The translations under genes were made by a program, and so were the position numbers. From the human T2T-CHM13v2.0 reference genome, Homo sapiens: a DNA stretch of 64,000 nt. Position 1 is the stretch's first letter, and each line of letters opens with the position of its first letter. Shown here in pieces: positions 45,521 to 63,020 of this stretch. The notes below the pieces were generated by a model. That model was not told where the DNA came from, did not search any database, and was given only the letters and a program-made list of their open reading frames with translations. The stretch lies in NCBI RefSeq assembly GCF_009914755.1, contig NC_060930.1; one strand, written 5' to 3'.

Positions 45521-47694
45521 AAAATATTCTTTTTTTTTTTTTCCTGGAATGTGGTAGCTAGGTGGTCTGTATTTTTACTGAGAATAAAATGAGACAAAAT
45601 GGAAAAACTGAATTAATCTATTACATGAGATATAAATAAGAGGCCTAAGTATTTATACATTGAAATTATTTCCCAAAGGAGAATTAGAATCTCACTGAAA
45701 ATAGAAGAGCTAGTCATCTATAAAGTATTAATTTTGAAGGTTTAGGTTAAAATATTAGAACAAACTAATGTATCAAAGTGGCATCATTCTTTAGGTAAAA
45801 GATATGTCAGTGGTAAAAACAACATTAAATTTTCTGGAATAATTAGGCTTCAGGATAGCATCAGTCGTGTGTTATTGGAATACAGAAATCAGGATCTAAG
45901 GGAAGCACACGTGGTAAACAAAAATCACATTTAATAACAAAGGAGAGTGGTTAACACATTTCCAATTCAAAACTAGAAGAGAGTAGAATCTAGTAAAGAT
46001 GGCTAGTTTAATAGCAGAGCCATCAAAGGCAGTGTTAAAGCGGAAGGATGGTGGCAGAAATCATTAGCAGTCGAGTGCCTGAGTATTGAATGTTGCATCT
46101 GTTGAAGTCTTTATCATGAATTAGCAGTGACTGTGCTTTGGTAGCATGGTTGGATTCACTGTAACTTTTGGATTATTGCTGTATGTCTTGCCTTTTGTCT
46201 TTTTGCATGGAAGTAATTGTCACCAAAAATTGTCTCTCTTCTATTTTTTTGTCCCAAATTTACAACATATGTCTTTTCTTAGGAGAAATTTCTGGTGCCA
46301 GTTGATTGTTTCTTTCTAGAAATAACATATTCATAGACACATACACAAATGTGGCTAATTCATCACAAAATATACCCATGTAACCTCCACATTACCCCCC
46401 TGACTCTAAAATAAAAATAAAAACAAATGTAGCTGATAAATTGAATAGCCAAACTTAAAAATAAACTTTTTTTCTTTTAAATCCATCACTGTCTCTATTA
46501 AACTTGTGAGCCAGCTTCTTTCTGCAGAAATTGAAAAAGTCTTGAGTCCAGTTTCATCATTTCTGGTTGTTTCAGATGATAAAAAGTCCTCCAGTCATTT
46601 TATTCCCCCTAAACCAGTCGCAATTCAATTATTGTTATCTTTCTTTCAGAATAATAAGTATGGCATTTAAAAATATTATGCAATTATTTGTTCTCTTGTT
46701 TTGGTTTCTTTTTTGAGGATTCCAACCATAGTTGCTTGATCCACCCTCGTCTTCTATATTTATTATTTCATGTTTAATGCATTTTAAGTTTATTTCTGTT
46801 ATACATTTTCATTTATAAGTTTCATCCTCTATGTTCCAATAGTATCTAACTTCCATTATGTTCCTTCTAATTTCATTTCTCATATTAGTTTTTTGTGTGT
46901 ATGATTTTTTTTCTTTATCTCTTGTTTCTTTCTAGTTTTTCTACTAATGTGTATCTCCTTTTATTGTCTTACCATTTCTTCCTCAAGTTCTAACATTTCT
47001 GCTTTATGGTATTCTAGTTAGAGTGAATTTTATTAATACATTTTTAATTTTATGGCAGAGTATTTGATCACAGTTTGAATCTGCACCATGACATTTTTCA
47101 TGTAATTTTACTTTTGCTTTTTAAAAGTACTGTGTTTTAAAACATCTTAGTTGAAATAACTCTAGATTTGCAGAAAAGTTATAATACTATGAAGAATTCC
47201 ATCTACCCTTTATCCCAATTCCCCAAATGTTAACCTTTTGCCACACTTGCTGTCTGTCTATCTATCTAACTACTATTTTCTGAATCAATTAAAAATAAGT
47301 TGTAGACATGATGCTGTATTTCATGTAACTACATAAATATTTATTTCTTCAAATGTAAAAGCATTTTACTGCATAACCACAATGTACCAAAATCAGAAAA
47401 TTAATAGGTAAAATGCTTCTTTCTACATTGAACATATTCACATTTTGCCAATTGTCCCAGTGATATATTTTATAACAAAAAAATAAATAAATAGTTTATC
47501 TGGTCCAGGGTCCAATAGAGGATTATGTGTTGCATTTAGTTGTCATGTCTCTTGATTATCTGACAATCCAGAACCCATATTCAGTCTTTTCTTTCATGAC
47601 CTTGTTATTTTTTTGAAGAATGAAAGTTAGTTAAATTGTATCATACCTCTTATGTTTAGATTCATCTGATATTTCTTTGTGATTAGATTCAGCT

Positions 47695-48140
47695 TGTTAT
47701 GTTCTGAATATTCATGTTTGTGTTCACCCCCCAAAATTCATACATTGAAACCTAATCACCAGTGTGATGGTATTAGAAGGTGGGGCCTTTTGGGAGGTGA
47801 TGAGGTTGTTAGGGGACAGCCTTCATGATTGGGATTTATGCTCTTATAAAAGAGACTCCAGAGAGCTAACTAGCGCTTCTACCATGTGAAGACACAGCAA
47901 GAAGGTGCTGTTTTGTTGTGTTTTGAGACAGGCCCAACTGTAGCATCAGCTGACTCCATGGGGAAGCTCTGGATGACCCTTTAGTCTTGACTGGAAGCAG
48001 ACTCCCACCAGACACCAAATCTATTAACACTTTGATCATAGACTTCCCAACCTCCAGAAATGTGAGAAACAAATTTCTGTTGTTTATACGCTACCCAATT
48101 TAAGGTTTTTAGTTATAGCAGCCTGAATGAACTAAGTCAC
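47695..48140 (+). mobile_element. MLT1A-type LTR nested in antisense old L1 3' sequence (~47140-49360)
   Basis: MLT1A signature ccagaaatgtgagaaacaaatttctgttgtttata. Confidence 0.78.
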
Positions 48141-49497
48141 AGCTTAGGCATTCAGGACAGGGATATGAGAGAAGCGATGCTGTGTTCTTCTCATTGTATT
48201 AATACTGCATCAGTAAACATATGGTGCTGATTTGTCCCATTACTGATGATAACACATTTATCACTCGTTTAAAGTGATATCTTCCAGGTTTCTCAATTGT
48301 AAAGTTTCTGTTTCTCTCTTTAGTAAGTATTTTGGAGGGATATGTTTTTAGACTGTAAATATGTTGTTCCTCAGTAATTATTTACCCATTCATTTCAGCA
48401 TCCATCCAAGGTTCTTATCTCAATATGTTCTTATTATGGCTACCAAATTGTAATTTTCTCATTTCATCATTCTTTCTACATTTAACTTGCATTTGGCTGG
48501 AAGTAATAGCTTTTTCTTTCATATATATATATTCATATATATACACACACACACGCATGTATGTACACACACAAACACACACATCTCCTTATAGATTTCT
48601 GTTTATTTAATGAGTTTATAGTCTATTGTTATAATTATTTATCTTGTTGCTCTATTTGCTACGTATTTGGCAAACGGGGAAACCCCCCACCTAGAAGCTG
48701 AATACTGTCTTTTACTTTTTCCCTTCATATTCTTTTGTTTGAGCTCTTCTTTTCTGGCACAAGATCTTCCAGGGTCTCACTGTGTTGCCCAGGCTGGAGT
48801 ACAGTGGTACCATCATGGTTCACTGCAGCCACTCCCTCCCTGGACTCGGGTGATTCTCCTGCCTCAGATTCCAGAGTAGTTGGGACAACAGGCACACCAT
48901 TATGGCCAACTAATTTTTGTATTTTTTTTTTGTAGAAATGGGGTTTTGCCATGTTGCCCAGGCTGTTCTCAAACCAGTTTATATTATTCTTTCATTTCTC
49001 CAAGGAGCTCTTGTTCTACGTTAGAGAAGAATGATACTTAGAAACCAACATTGGAGCACTACGTCTGCTCACTGCTCCTGGGATTAATTGCTTCTAGGCT
49101 TTCCCACCAGGCAGAGGTAGAAAATGTCTGTCACTCACATACACAAACATTTGTATCTACTTCTGTATCTATCTGTCTATCTCTGTCTATCTAAGAAATT
49201 GTGTGTTCCCAGTGATAATTCCAATTGAAACATAATACCACAGGGATCATTCTGGCCATTGGCTTTTCATATTTGTAACTCATTTATCCAATAGTGAGAA
49301 ACTTGGTTCTCATTATTCTCAATTTATTCACTTATTTGCTTTTTCCTCCTGTATATAATCAAACTCCTGACCCAGAAAGTTGCCTTCTAGGCCCTGCCCA
49401 CCTCAATAGCCCCAATAGTTTCCTTGGTCCTAAAGTTTCTACTTGTGTTAGCTGCCTCAAAGGACAGGAAGTAAAAAGAATTAATAGATTTTTTTAA

Positions 49498-49853
<356 letters not shown>

Positions 49854-50709
49854 AAAACAGTAATTTAAAAATGGATTCTCTCCTTTTAAAATACTACTTA
49901 TCATTGAATGAGTTAGGCTTTCCTGGACTGGCCATTTGTAAGAGGTTTCTTTTGGGATATGAAGGAAAGATAAAGTTTCTGGCTAAGTAATTTTCATAGA
50001 GCAAAAGCTTTCTCCTTTCCTGTTACAGAGTCATGTTACTTCTTATAAATATGATTTTTCTGTATAATTCTTTTTATAGCCCCAGGCCTTCTTAAGAAGA
50101 AAGACATGACAACTCAATCCATTCAGTCTTTGTACTAACGGTCACAAAAAAGGAATATTACTTTTTGGCTTCACAGTATACCCACACTTTCAGGAAGTAT
50201 ATTTTGCAAGTGCTTTTTGAGATCTATTTTTCAGTGGATCCCTGCTCTTGAGATTTATCACCAGGGATTCTTGTTTTCACTGCCCTTTCTGTGTATACAA
50301 AAAAATGTCATGTGCTTTTGATAGTGTTTGATATAAAATGGAGTCTGGGAGTTAAATATGCATCCAAGTTCTTCAAAAATAGTTTGCAAACTTATGAAAG
50401 CTTCTTCTTGTAGCTTTTGAATAATTTCCAAGAAAAAGGGAAAATGCTGATTTATAGAGTCATTCAAATTGTGTCTAAGTCCTCCAAAAATGTTTTTCAA
50501 ACTTATAAAAGCATCTTCTTGTAGCTTTTGAATAATTTCCAGGAGAAAGAAAAGGTGCTGCTTTATATAGTTATGTTTGTAGTTGTCACATGTTGGCTTC
50601 TTCAGGAAGGAGGCTCTGAGATGAAGTTTAGCGTGAGGATGTTTATTAAAGTGTGCCCTTACCAAAGAGATCAATACAACTGGCAGGGAGGGAAAGAAAA
50701 CAGTAGTAG

Positions 50710-51122
50710 TATTATGGTTTGGATGTTTACCTCTTCCAAATCTTATGTTGAAATATGATTCCAAATGTTGGAGGTGGGGACTGGCGGGAGGTGATTGGAT
50801 CATGGAGAAAGGTCCCTCATGAGTGGTTTAGCACCATCCTCTCGGTGATGAGTGAGTTTCCTTTCAGTTCACACAGAGATCTGGTTGTTTTGAATCTGGG
50901 ACCTCTCCCTTCTCTCTTTCTTGCTCTCATTCTCATCATGTGGCATATTGGCTACCCTTTGTCTTCCACCATGAGTGTAAGCTTCCTGAGTGCCTCAGCA
51001 GAAGATGACAGCACTATGCTTCGTGTACAGCCTGCAGAACCATAAGCCAATTCAACCTCTTTTATTTATAAATTCCTCAGTCTCAGCTATTTCTTTATAG
51101 CTAGCAAAAATTGCCTAATACA
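50710..51122 (+). mobile_element. MSTB-type MaLR LTR with 5-bp TSD agtag
   Basis: tattatggtttggatgtttacctcttccaaatcttatgttgaaat...ttgcctaataca. Confidence 0.85.
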
Positions 51123-51254
51123 AGTAGGCAGAGGAAGAAGTTGTGCTGTGATACAGCCCAGCTTTAGCCTCAGCTGAATCCATAGGGAAGCTCTAGAACT
51201 AGAATGACCCTTTAGAGTTGCCTGAATGGGGCTAAGATCACCCATCAGTGATTA

Positions 51255-51848
51255 TGTTAGTGGCAGTGAATCTATACTGGTCTCCAGCAACCTCAATTCC
51301 TGCCTCCTCAGAAGAAAAAATTTGAGGGGCATAAAGGAGAAGAAGAGACTGAGACAAGTTTTAGAGCAGGAGTGAAAGTTTATTAAAAAGCTTTACAGCG
51401 GGAAGAAAAGTACACTAGGAAGAGGCCCAAGCAGGCCACTTGAAGGACAAGTGTGGGGTTTGACCTTTTGACTTGGGGTTTTATATCTTGACATACTTCC
51501 ATGGTCTTGCATCCCTTATCTCTTTATTCTGCACTTGGAGCTGCCTGTTCTCATGCACAGTGTGTTACTGGAGTTATACGCATGCTCACTTGAGGCATTC
51601 TTCTCTTTACCAGTGGAATGCTTCTGGAAGGTCATATACCAGTTAAACTCCACCATTTTGCCTCTTAATGTGCATGCTTGAGCTCACTCACCCAATTCCT
51701 GAGATCTTTTTGGGAATCATCTATTATTATTTTAGAGAGGCAGTGTGACAACTGCCTGACCATCACCTGATGGTCACCTGACATTCCTGTTGGAGTTGGG
51801 GGAGCCCTCTCCTCCCCCGCTCATGCCTGGCTAGCTACCTACTGTAAA
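51255..51848 (-). mobile_element. ERV1 (MER4-group) solo LTR
   Basis: tgttagtggcagtgaatc...gcaacctcaattcctgcctcctcagaagaa...gagtgaaagtttattaaaaagc; subfamily not resolved. Confidence 0.75.
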
Positions 51849-53459
51849 AATTAGTCATTAACGTAGGCCTCTAGAAGGGACGTGTGGCCTTGGGCAAACC
51901 AAGTCTTCCTGAAGAAGTGAACAGCTGAAAGATGTCTGCAGATAGCACTCCTCACTACTGGTGCAACAAGTCATTTCTTGAAAATAGGTTGTGGAAGCAC
52001 ATTTCAGTGTCCTGGTGCATAGCCTTTGAATACACACTCCTCTGAGTTATAGTTTTGATCTGATTTCATAGCCATTTATGACTCAAAAATATCAAGAATC
52101 ACTGCATTATTGGGAACATTCATTATTTCTGTACCTTGTTTTTATCTAGAAAACTAAGGTTAATCTAGAAAGATTTGAGCTGAATTTCTAAAGCTACTCG
52201 GTAAAAATAAATATGTTGTTTTTACAGTCAGCAAATTTTCTTTAGTTATATGTTAGAATTATGAGTACTGAAAGCCCTTTGTAATTCCACTACATTACTA
52301 AAAGCTAAGACTCACCAACTGTGGATTAGTTACGCAGATATTTCAAAAACACTTGGAGGTTTTATTCAGAGGCTTAAGCCACACATCTCAGCGCTTGAGA
52401 GGGTAGCCTAGAACCAAGAGGGGGCAGCAGAGGGCCACCAGAACAGTGAGGGAGAGGTATGAGAACATGTCAGTTGAAAGGATACTGATTTTAGAGAGAG
52501 AAATACATTTATGTATTCATGCTAAACACAGAAGGAGGAGTTATGGCTTAAGAAAAATTGATTGTAAGCATATTGAGAGAATCTCTGGTTGTTCGTGGGT
52601 AGTGTTCATGGGACAAAAACTGAGCAGAGGAAAAGCAAGTAGAATTCAGGTTATAGGGAAGTCATGAGCTTCTTAGGGAACGTGTGCCTTTTAGATCTAC
52701 GACCTATGGTTACTTCGGGCTCTTTATCACTGATAACATTAAGCACTCAGGGAACAATATGGGACCAGCGATAGCCTCAGTAATGTTTCCAGATATATAT
52801 TTATATTGCTTTTCCACTAATTCCTAGACCAGAGTAATGGACTTAAGAGACATTCTTTCAAAGAAAATTTTTCCCCAAAGAACCAGTTTTTGCTTTTAGT
52901 GATCAAACTACATTTTCCTCTCAGTTTCTAGTTTGACTTATTATTTTTATAACTCTAACATTTTATGTTTTATTTTATTGAAGCATTTGTTCTTTTTATA
53001 TTTTTCTGTAAAGTAATTTAAGCATAAGAGGTTATGAGTTTGCCCCAGTATAGCTTTATCATATCTTATATATATTTTAAGAGAAAGAGTTTTTTTTTTT
53101 TTTAATTTTCTCAATATTCTTTACTGGAAGCTTTGGTTTCCTTTTAACCCAATAATTATTTAAGACATGTTTTCCATTTTCCACAAAGGCAAGCCTTTTT
53201 GTTTAAGCCATTGTCATTAAATTACAGTTTTATTACATTTTAGTCAGAAGATATGACTTTTATTACTTCTACTCTGGCATAAGGTTTTGTGTCCCAGTAG
53301 ATAATTAATTTCTCTTTCATGAATTATTGAAAAGGATATATTTTCTATTACAAGTTATCTATTGTCTATCTAAACTCAACTTCATTAATTAGGTTAATTT
53401 TAGACTTTCCAATATTTTCCGAATTTTTAAAAAGAAATCCCTTTGAACTGTCAAAGCAT

Positions 53460-53790
53460 GATGCTATGGTCTGAATATCTGTGTCCCCCCTGCAAATCTA
53501 CATGTTGAAACTTAATCACCAATGTTACTGTGTTAGGAGTTAGGACCTTTGGGAAGTGAATGAGATCAGTGCTCTTATAAATTGGCTCCAGAGAGCTCCT
53601 TCGTCCCTTTCACCATGTGAGGACACAGCTAGAAGACACCATCTGTGAACCAGAAAGTGAGTCCTTATCAGACACTGAATCTGCTGGCACCTTGACTTCT
53701 TAGCCTTCAGAAATGTGAGAATTAAATTTCTGTTGTTTATAAGATACACAATTTATGATATGTTGTTATAACAGCCCAAACATATATGAT
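53460..53790 (+). mobile_element. MLT1A-type LTR
   Basis: tgctatggtctgaatatctgtgtccccc; gacactgaatctgctggcaccttga. Confidence 0.8.
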
Positions 53791-54934
53791 GTATTGAAAT
53801 CTTCTATGAAAAATTGTGTGATTTTCCTCAATTTCTTCATGTTTCTAACAGATTTTATTTTATTATGCATATCTGAAGCTGTGCTTTTCAGCATATAAAT
53901 GTTTATTGTTCTATAACTTTGATATAGGTAGTGCCTCATAAGTAGTACCTTTTGTCTGAGAGTCTATTTTGTTTTCTTCCATGACCCTGTGAACTCCAAG
54001 GAGTTTTCTAAAATATTTTCTGCTTTGGTAGTATGCAAAATTCCTAGGCCTGAAATTTCTTTAATTATCTTTACATGAGGGGTGGTCTAGCTAGTCCAGT
54101 CTTTGCCGACTTAACCTTGGTCTTCCTCTCTGTACCTTCACTCTAGTTATATTGAATTCTGGACCACAGCCAGGGACCACATTGTTCCCACTAATCCTGT
54201 TCTTGCAGTCATTTATCTACTGTGGCTCTTCTGGAAAGAAACGGGATCTTCTCCCATCCTCTCTGCTTGCTTTATTGCTTGCTTTAAATATTTAACTATT
54301 TTATTAAGTTGTCCTTAAGAGTCATGAGACATATATGCCCATGTTAATATCAAATAAAAATTTTGAAAAACCTATTAGTAATTTAAAATCAATTACTAAA
54401 TCCCACTTTATATACGGCCAAGTTAATTCCACACAGACCTTGAACTTTCTTATTTGAGAACATGCTTGATTAATTCAAATTAAATCCAAACACCAAAAGT
54501 TCAGAAAACTTGAAAGGAATGCTATGGCATTAAAAAACTTTCATTTAATCTTTGGAATAGTAAGAAAAATCTGCTTGCTAGTTTGGAAGTTGCTAGCTCT
54601 GAGACCTTAATTGAGCCATCTAACTTTTCTGGACTTCTATTACCCTTTTCTAAAACAGTAGGCATTGGGCCAATGGTACAATATGGAACTTCTTCCTGGC
54701 AGGTGTTCAGAAGTATGTAGGGCTGTTTTTGTTGTCACAGTAACTGAAGAGTGCTATGGCACAAGGGTTTAAAACATGAGACAGTTTTATACTAAAGAGA
54801 ATTGTCTCAACAAAATGCCAAAAATACCCCCTTGGGAAATACTGGAAGATGATCAGCAAGTTTTACTAATTTTGTGGTTCCAGAACAGGTGGTGAAAAAT
54901 AATGGGAAAAAAAATTGCCTTTAAGTAAATCTTG

Positions 54935-57900
54935 AAGATGGCAGACTTAGCACTCTCACACAGAGAAACAGGGTAGAGAGTAAACACTTGCTCTTCAAGT
55001 GGGTCATCAAAGGGATCGTTTCTGGATTCACCAAAGAAGCGACAGGAACCAAAAAGAACAAACAGAAGTGAAGCCAGGCAGCCTCCTACTCAGAACTGGT
55101 GTGGAGCCAGCGGAAGCCTCCTAATGTGGAGAAATGATGAGGGAATGAGTGTCCCCAGAGGATCCACACTTCCTCCGTGAACCTTGCAATCCTGGGCATG
55201 GGAGAACCTCCCTGACACCTTCACTCCTCCAGGCCAATACAGAGAGCCACCTGGAGTCTTTGCACAGGCACTGTTTAAGCCCATGTGAAGCCCCAGAGGA
55301 CTTGGACCCTTGGTGTCAACAGTTATAGCCCTGCTAGAGGATGCAGCCACAGTGCTGAGGAGTGGCCAGACTGCCCTGCTATTTCCTGCCAGGCAGGATC
55401 TACAGCTTGGGCTCCCAGCACAGTGGCCCTGCCCCCAATCCAAACATTTTGGTTGGTGACAGCTCCTCATTCTTCTGAGCCAAAACTCTCAGAGGTAATA
55501 GACAAGGTTTAGCACCTCTGCATGCCACCAATAGCAAAGTCCACCCTCTTGGGTGGGAGGGAAGTGCAAGTGTATCACATGCCCTACAGTCTTTACTGCT
55601 GCAGCTGAGGGGGTCCTGCCTTCCTCGGTGGAAGGCCCATAGCACAGCTGCCCTGCCCCCACCTGAACATTTCACCTGTGGTCCAGAGCCCTTCTGAAAG
55701 CCCAACCCCCACAGGCCTGTAATATCCCCTCAGATCCTCTACCACTTAAGTGTTCCATCTGCCCCTGCCTGAGAGTTTGGTTGGTGATCTGGGGACCAGG
55801 CCACCCCTCCCCATCACAGCCAGCACTTGACTTCTGGGCTAGCCCAACCCTAGTCCTGGCCCTTCAGGAGTCATATATGCTATCTAGTGGGCCACCTGGG
55901 GCCTCGGAACTGGGGAAACTACCTACCCCATTCCAACTCAGCTGGCATCTGGCCGATTCCCCCAGTGTCTGAGGTCAAGCTGACCAAATCAGCCAATACC
56001 ACCACACAACTCACTTGCATGAGTCCAAATGTGGAGCCACCCCTTTATAAGAAGCGGAAGTACTCTCACATTGGAGAACAGGAGAGCCAGGAAGCTATAT
56101 GTATCCGGTTGGGTGACAAGATTATACCCTGAAACCACTTCCACAGAGAGTGGTGAAACAGGTGTTTCCCATGGCTTTCAACCATATTGTGGTCCAGAGT
56201 GGTCCAGCTGCTGCAGCCTCTCCCCCACATGGAGACTCATTTCCCCAGATGATCCTCCTAGTCACTCTTGTCAGAGCTGGTGTTTACACTTGCCATCTCT
56301 GTATTCATAGGCAAGCTTGGGGCTCCAGCTCAACCCAGCTGTGTCCCCCAACCCCCATGAAAAGCTCAGGGCACCAGGTACTTCACTGTCCAGTCCTTCA
56401 CCCAAGACAACAGAAAGCACCTCATGGTAAAGAAAGATCAGGTACACAACTACCTGCTTGTGCTACAGTGCTCTTACCTGCAAGTGCTGTCTACTGGCCT
56501 GTAGGTCAAACCACATGGCACAGTATAAAATCTGAAGTGACAGAAGTGCAAAGGGCTATAGAAGTAAAGCCAAAAGACCCTACCCAACACATTTATCTCC
56601 AGATTTGAAAGAACTAGTATAAGAATTCTGGCACCATGAAAAATATGAATGTTGCAACACCACCAAAGGATCATTCTTTTCAGAAATGGTCTCTAACCAA
56701 AATGGAAGCTCAGAAATGACAGTTAAAGAATTCAAAGCATAGATGTCAAGGAAACTTGATGAAATCCAACACAAGATTTAAAATCAATACAAATACACTT
56801 CTAAAGTAATCCAGGAAACTAAGGAAAAGATAAATCTTCTAAAAAGAAATCAATCAGAGCTCCTGGAATTAAAAATTGCTTAAGAAATTCTAAAATACAA
56901 TTGAAAGTTTTATCAGTAGACTAAACCAAAGAGAAGAGAGGATTTTAGAGCTTGAAAACTATTCTTTTAAACTAATCCAGTCAGACAAAAATTTTTAAAA
57001 ATTCAAAAAATGAGCAAAGTCTCCAAGAAATATGAGATTACTTAAAGTGACCAAGTCTATAAATTATTGGCATTCCTAAAAGATAAGGATACAAAGTAAA
57101 CCTGAAAAATATATTTAAGGGAATAATTCAAGAAAATTTTCCTAATCTTGCTAGAGATTTCTTATATCCAGATGCAAGAAATTCAGAGAATACTTTCCAG
57201 ATACTATACAAAATGAATGTTATTAAAGGATATAGTCACCAGACTGCCTAAGGTCAATGCTAAAGAAAAAACTTGAAAGATAGCTAGAGAAAAAGGTTAG
57301 ATTACATGCAAAGGCAACCGCATCAGGCTAAAAGCAGACCTTTCAGCAGAAACCTTTCAAGCTTGAAGAGATTGGGAGCCTATTTTCAGCATTCTCAAAG
57401 AAAAGAAATTCCAATCAAGAATTTTATATCCTGCCAAACTAAGCTTCATAAGTGAAGGATAAATAAAATCTTGTTCAGACAAGAAATCACTAGGGGAGTT
57501 TGTTACCTCTAGACCAGCCTTACAAAAGATTATTCAGGAAGTTTAAACATGGAAACAAAAAACAATACCTACTACCATAAAATCACACTTAAGTATATAG
57601 CCCACAGAACCTATACAACAACTACACAATAGCAACTACAAAGCAACCAGCTAACAACTTTATGATAGAATCAAAACTTCACATTATAATATTAGCCATG
57701 AATGTAAATGGTATTCACACCCTACTTAGAAGGCAAAGAGCAGCAAGTTGGATAGAAAAGCAAGACCCATTCATCTGCTGTCTTCAAGAGACTCAGCCCA
57801 CATGTAACGACACCCATAGTCTCAAAGGGTTGAAGAAAGATGTATCATGTAAGTGGAAAACTAAAAGAGATCAGGGGTCATTATTCTTAGACAAAATAGA

Positions 57901-60480
57901 CTTTAAAACATCAACAATAAAAAAAGACAAAGAAGGGCACTACATAATGATAAAGGGTTTAATTGAACAAGAAGACTGAACTATCCTAAATATATACATA
58001 ATCAACAATGGAGCACCCAAATTAATAAAATAAGTACTTCCAGACCTATGAAAAGACTTAGCCACGCAATTATAGTGGGGGACTTTACCATTCCACTGAT
58101 GGCATTAGACAGATCATAGAGGAAGAAAACTAATAAGAAAGTCTGGGCTTAAATTCAACACTTGACCAACTGGACACAATAGGCATCTACAGGACACTCT
58201 ACCCATCAACCAACCACAGAATATACATTCTTCTTATCTGCACATGAAACATACTCTCAGATCGACCCCATGCTCAGCCATAAAGCAAATATTAATAAAT
58301 TTAAAAAATCAAAATAATACCAACCATACTTTTGGGCCACAGTGGAACAAAAATACAAATCACTACCAAGAAATTCTCTCAAAACCACCCAATTACATGG
58401 AAATGAAATAACTTGCTCCTGAATGCTGTATTCATCTGTTTTTATGCTGCTGATAAAGACATAACTGAGACTAGGCAATTTACAAAAGAAAGGTGTATTG
58501 GACTTACAGTTCCACGTGGCTTGGGAGGCCTCACAATCATGGTAGAAGGTGTACAGCACACCTCATATGGTGGTGGACAAGGGAAGAGAGCTTGCGCAGG
58601 GAAAGTCCCATTTTTAAAACCAGTAGATCTCGTGAGACTCATTCACTATCAGGAGGACAGTGCAGGAAAGACCTGCCCCCATAATTCAATCACCACTCAC
58701 CAGGTTCCTCCCATGACATGTGGGAATAGTGGGAGTTACCATTCAAGATGAGATCTGGGTGTGGACACAGCCAAACCATATCAAATGACTTTTGGGTAAA
58801 CAACAAAAATAAGGCAGGAATAAAATACTTTTTTGAAATAAAACAGACACAACATACCAAAATCTCTGGGATGCAGCAAAAGCAATGTTAAGAGGAAAGT
58901 TTATAGCATTAAATGCCTACATCAAGACTTTAGAAGGATTTCAAAGTAATGAGCTAACATCACATCTAGACAAACTAGAAAAACAAGAACAAACTACAAA
59001 GCCAGTAGAAGAAAAGAAATAACTAAAATCAGAGGAGAACTGAATGAAACGAAGAGGCAAAAATCCTTACAAGGGATCAATGAAATATAAAGTGAGTTCT
59101 TTAAACGAATAAACAAGATTGATGACCACTAGCTAGATTAACAGAGAAGTGAGAGAAGATTCAACTAAGCTTAATCAGAAATGCCAAAGGCAACATTAGA
59201 ACTGATCTTATGGAAATACAAAAGATCCTCAGAGACTATTATAAACACCTCTATGTATACAAATTAGAAAATCTAGAGGAAATGAATAAATGCCTGGAAA
59301 CACACAATCTCCCAAGACTGAATGAGGAACAAATTGAAAGCCTGAACTGACCAATATCAACTTCTAAAACTGAATCAGTAATTTAAAAACCTACCAACCA
59401 AAAAGAACCCTGGATCAGATGGATTCACAGCCTAATTCTACCAGACATACAAAGAAGAGTTGCTACCAATCCTACTAAAACTATTCCAAAAAATTGAGGA
59501 ACAGGGACTCTTCTCTAACACATTGTACAAAGCGAGCATCACTCTGATATTGAAATCTGTCAAAGAAACAACCAAAAACAAACTTCATGTCAATATCCCT
59601 AATGAATATAGGCAGAAAAATTCCTAATAAAATACTAGTAAACCAAATCCAGCACCACATCAAAATTTATTCACCACATCAAGTAGGTTTTATTCCTAGC
59701 AGTCAGGGTTGGTTGAATGTATGCAAATTAATAAATCTGATTTGCCACATAAACAGAATTAAAAACAAAAACCATATGATTGTCTCAGTAGACACAGAAA
59801 AAATCTCTTGATAAAATCCAGCATCCCTTCATGAAAAGAACACTCAACAAACTAGTCATCGAAGAAACATATATCAAAATATTGAGAGCCATTTATGAGA
59901 AACCACAGCCAACATCATACTGAATGGACAAAAGCTGGAAGCATTTTCCTTAAGAAATGGAACAAGACAAGGATGCCCACTCTCACCACTCCTATTCAAC
60001 GTAGTACTGGAAGTCCTAGCCAGAGATATGAGGGAAGAGAATGAAATAAAACGCATCCAAATAGGAAAAGAAGAAGCCAAATTTCATCTCTTTTTGCTGA
60101 TGATCTAATTCTATACCTAGAAAACCCTAAAGACTTCACCAAAAGCCTCCTAGAACTGAAAAGTGACTTCAGTAAAGTTTCAGGATACAAAATTTATGTA
60201 CAAAAATCAGTAGCAATAACATTTAAGTGGAGATCCAACTCAAGAATGCAATTCCATTTACAATAGCCACATAAAAATAAAATACCTAAGAATACATCTA
60301 ACAAAGGAGGTGAATGATATCTACAAGGAAAACTATGAAACACTGCTGAAAGAAGTTATAAATGAGACAGACAAATGGAAAAATATTACATGCCCATGGA
60401 TTGGAAGAATCATATTATTAAAATGGCCATACTTCCCAGAGAAATCTATGGATTCAATGCTATTTCTATGAAACTATTCA
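54935..60480 (+). mobile_element. Long L1 (L1PB/L1MA-age): 5'UTR, decayed ORF1, decayed ORF2, 3'-truncated
   Basis: GC-richer 5'UTR, then ORF1-like sequence; ORF2 endonuclease peptide (MNVNG..WIEKQDPFICCLQET..KKDKEGHYIMIKG) and RT-region peptides in the track. Confidence 0.9.
58427..58783 (-). mobile_element. THE1 LTR inserted in the L1 ORF2
   Basis: tgtattcatctgttttatgctgctgataaagacata...gacacagccaaaccatatca. Confidence 0.9.
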
Positions 60481-61009
60481 GCATAAAATCAGCATCTTTA
60501 ATCTATTCAGCATTGATGTCATTGGCTACCCAGTGAGATATTAAAAATAGTGGGAAAAAAAGTACTCAACAGGGTTTGAATTTCTAAGTGGTAGAGATTA
60601 TATCACATTCTTTTTTTTTTATATTAAGTATCCAGTATATACTAAATGCTCAGTAGATATTAATAAAATAGAATTGTAACACTGAGGAAGGGAAGATTGC
60701 TTCTACATTCTAACACTTTTCTGTAGATAAATTTTTGTTTGCATTACATTTACACAGTTAGCACAAAAAACAATTTCCTTTGAGTCATTTCCAATAATGC
60801 TAAATATAAACCTTTATGCTGTGCAGCTAGGAGTTTACACAAACAATGCTGTCCAAGATTGTCTTTAGAATTTTTCTGACTGCTCCAGAGGATTAAGAAC
60901 TTACCCCTACTCACAAGCATAGAATCCTAGATATGGCCAATTCCTAGAAAACAAGTAGGCATTGCATTTTCTTAGATATGGAGAAATTTATTTTGCATGA
61001 GTTATATGT

Positions 61010-63020
<2,011 letters not shown>

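Noticed and set aside
55090-56774. Cluster of 60-152 aa ORFs on both strands
   Set aside because: They lie within the GC-richer 5'UTR of the long L1 and show no recognisable protein.
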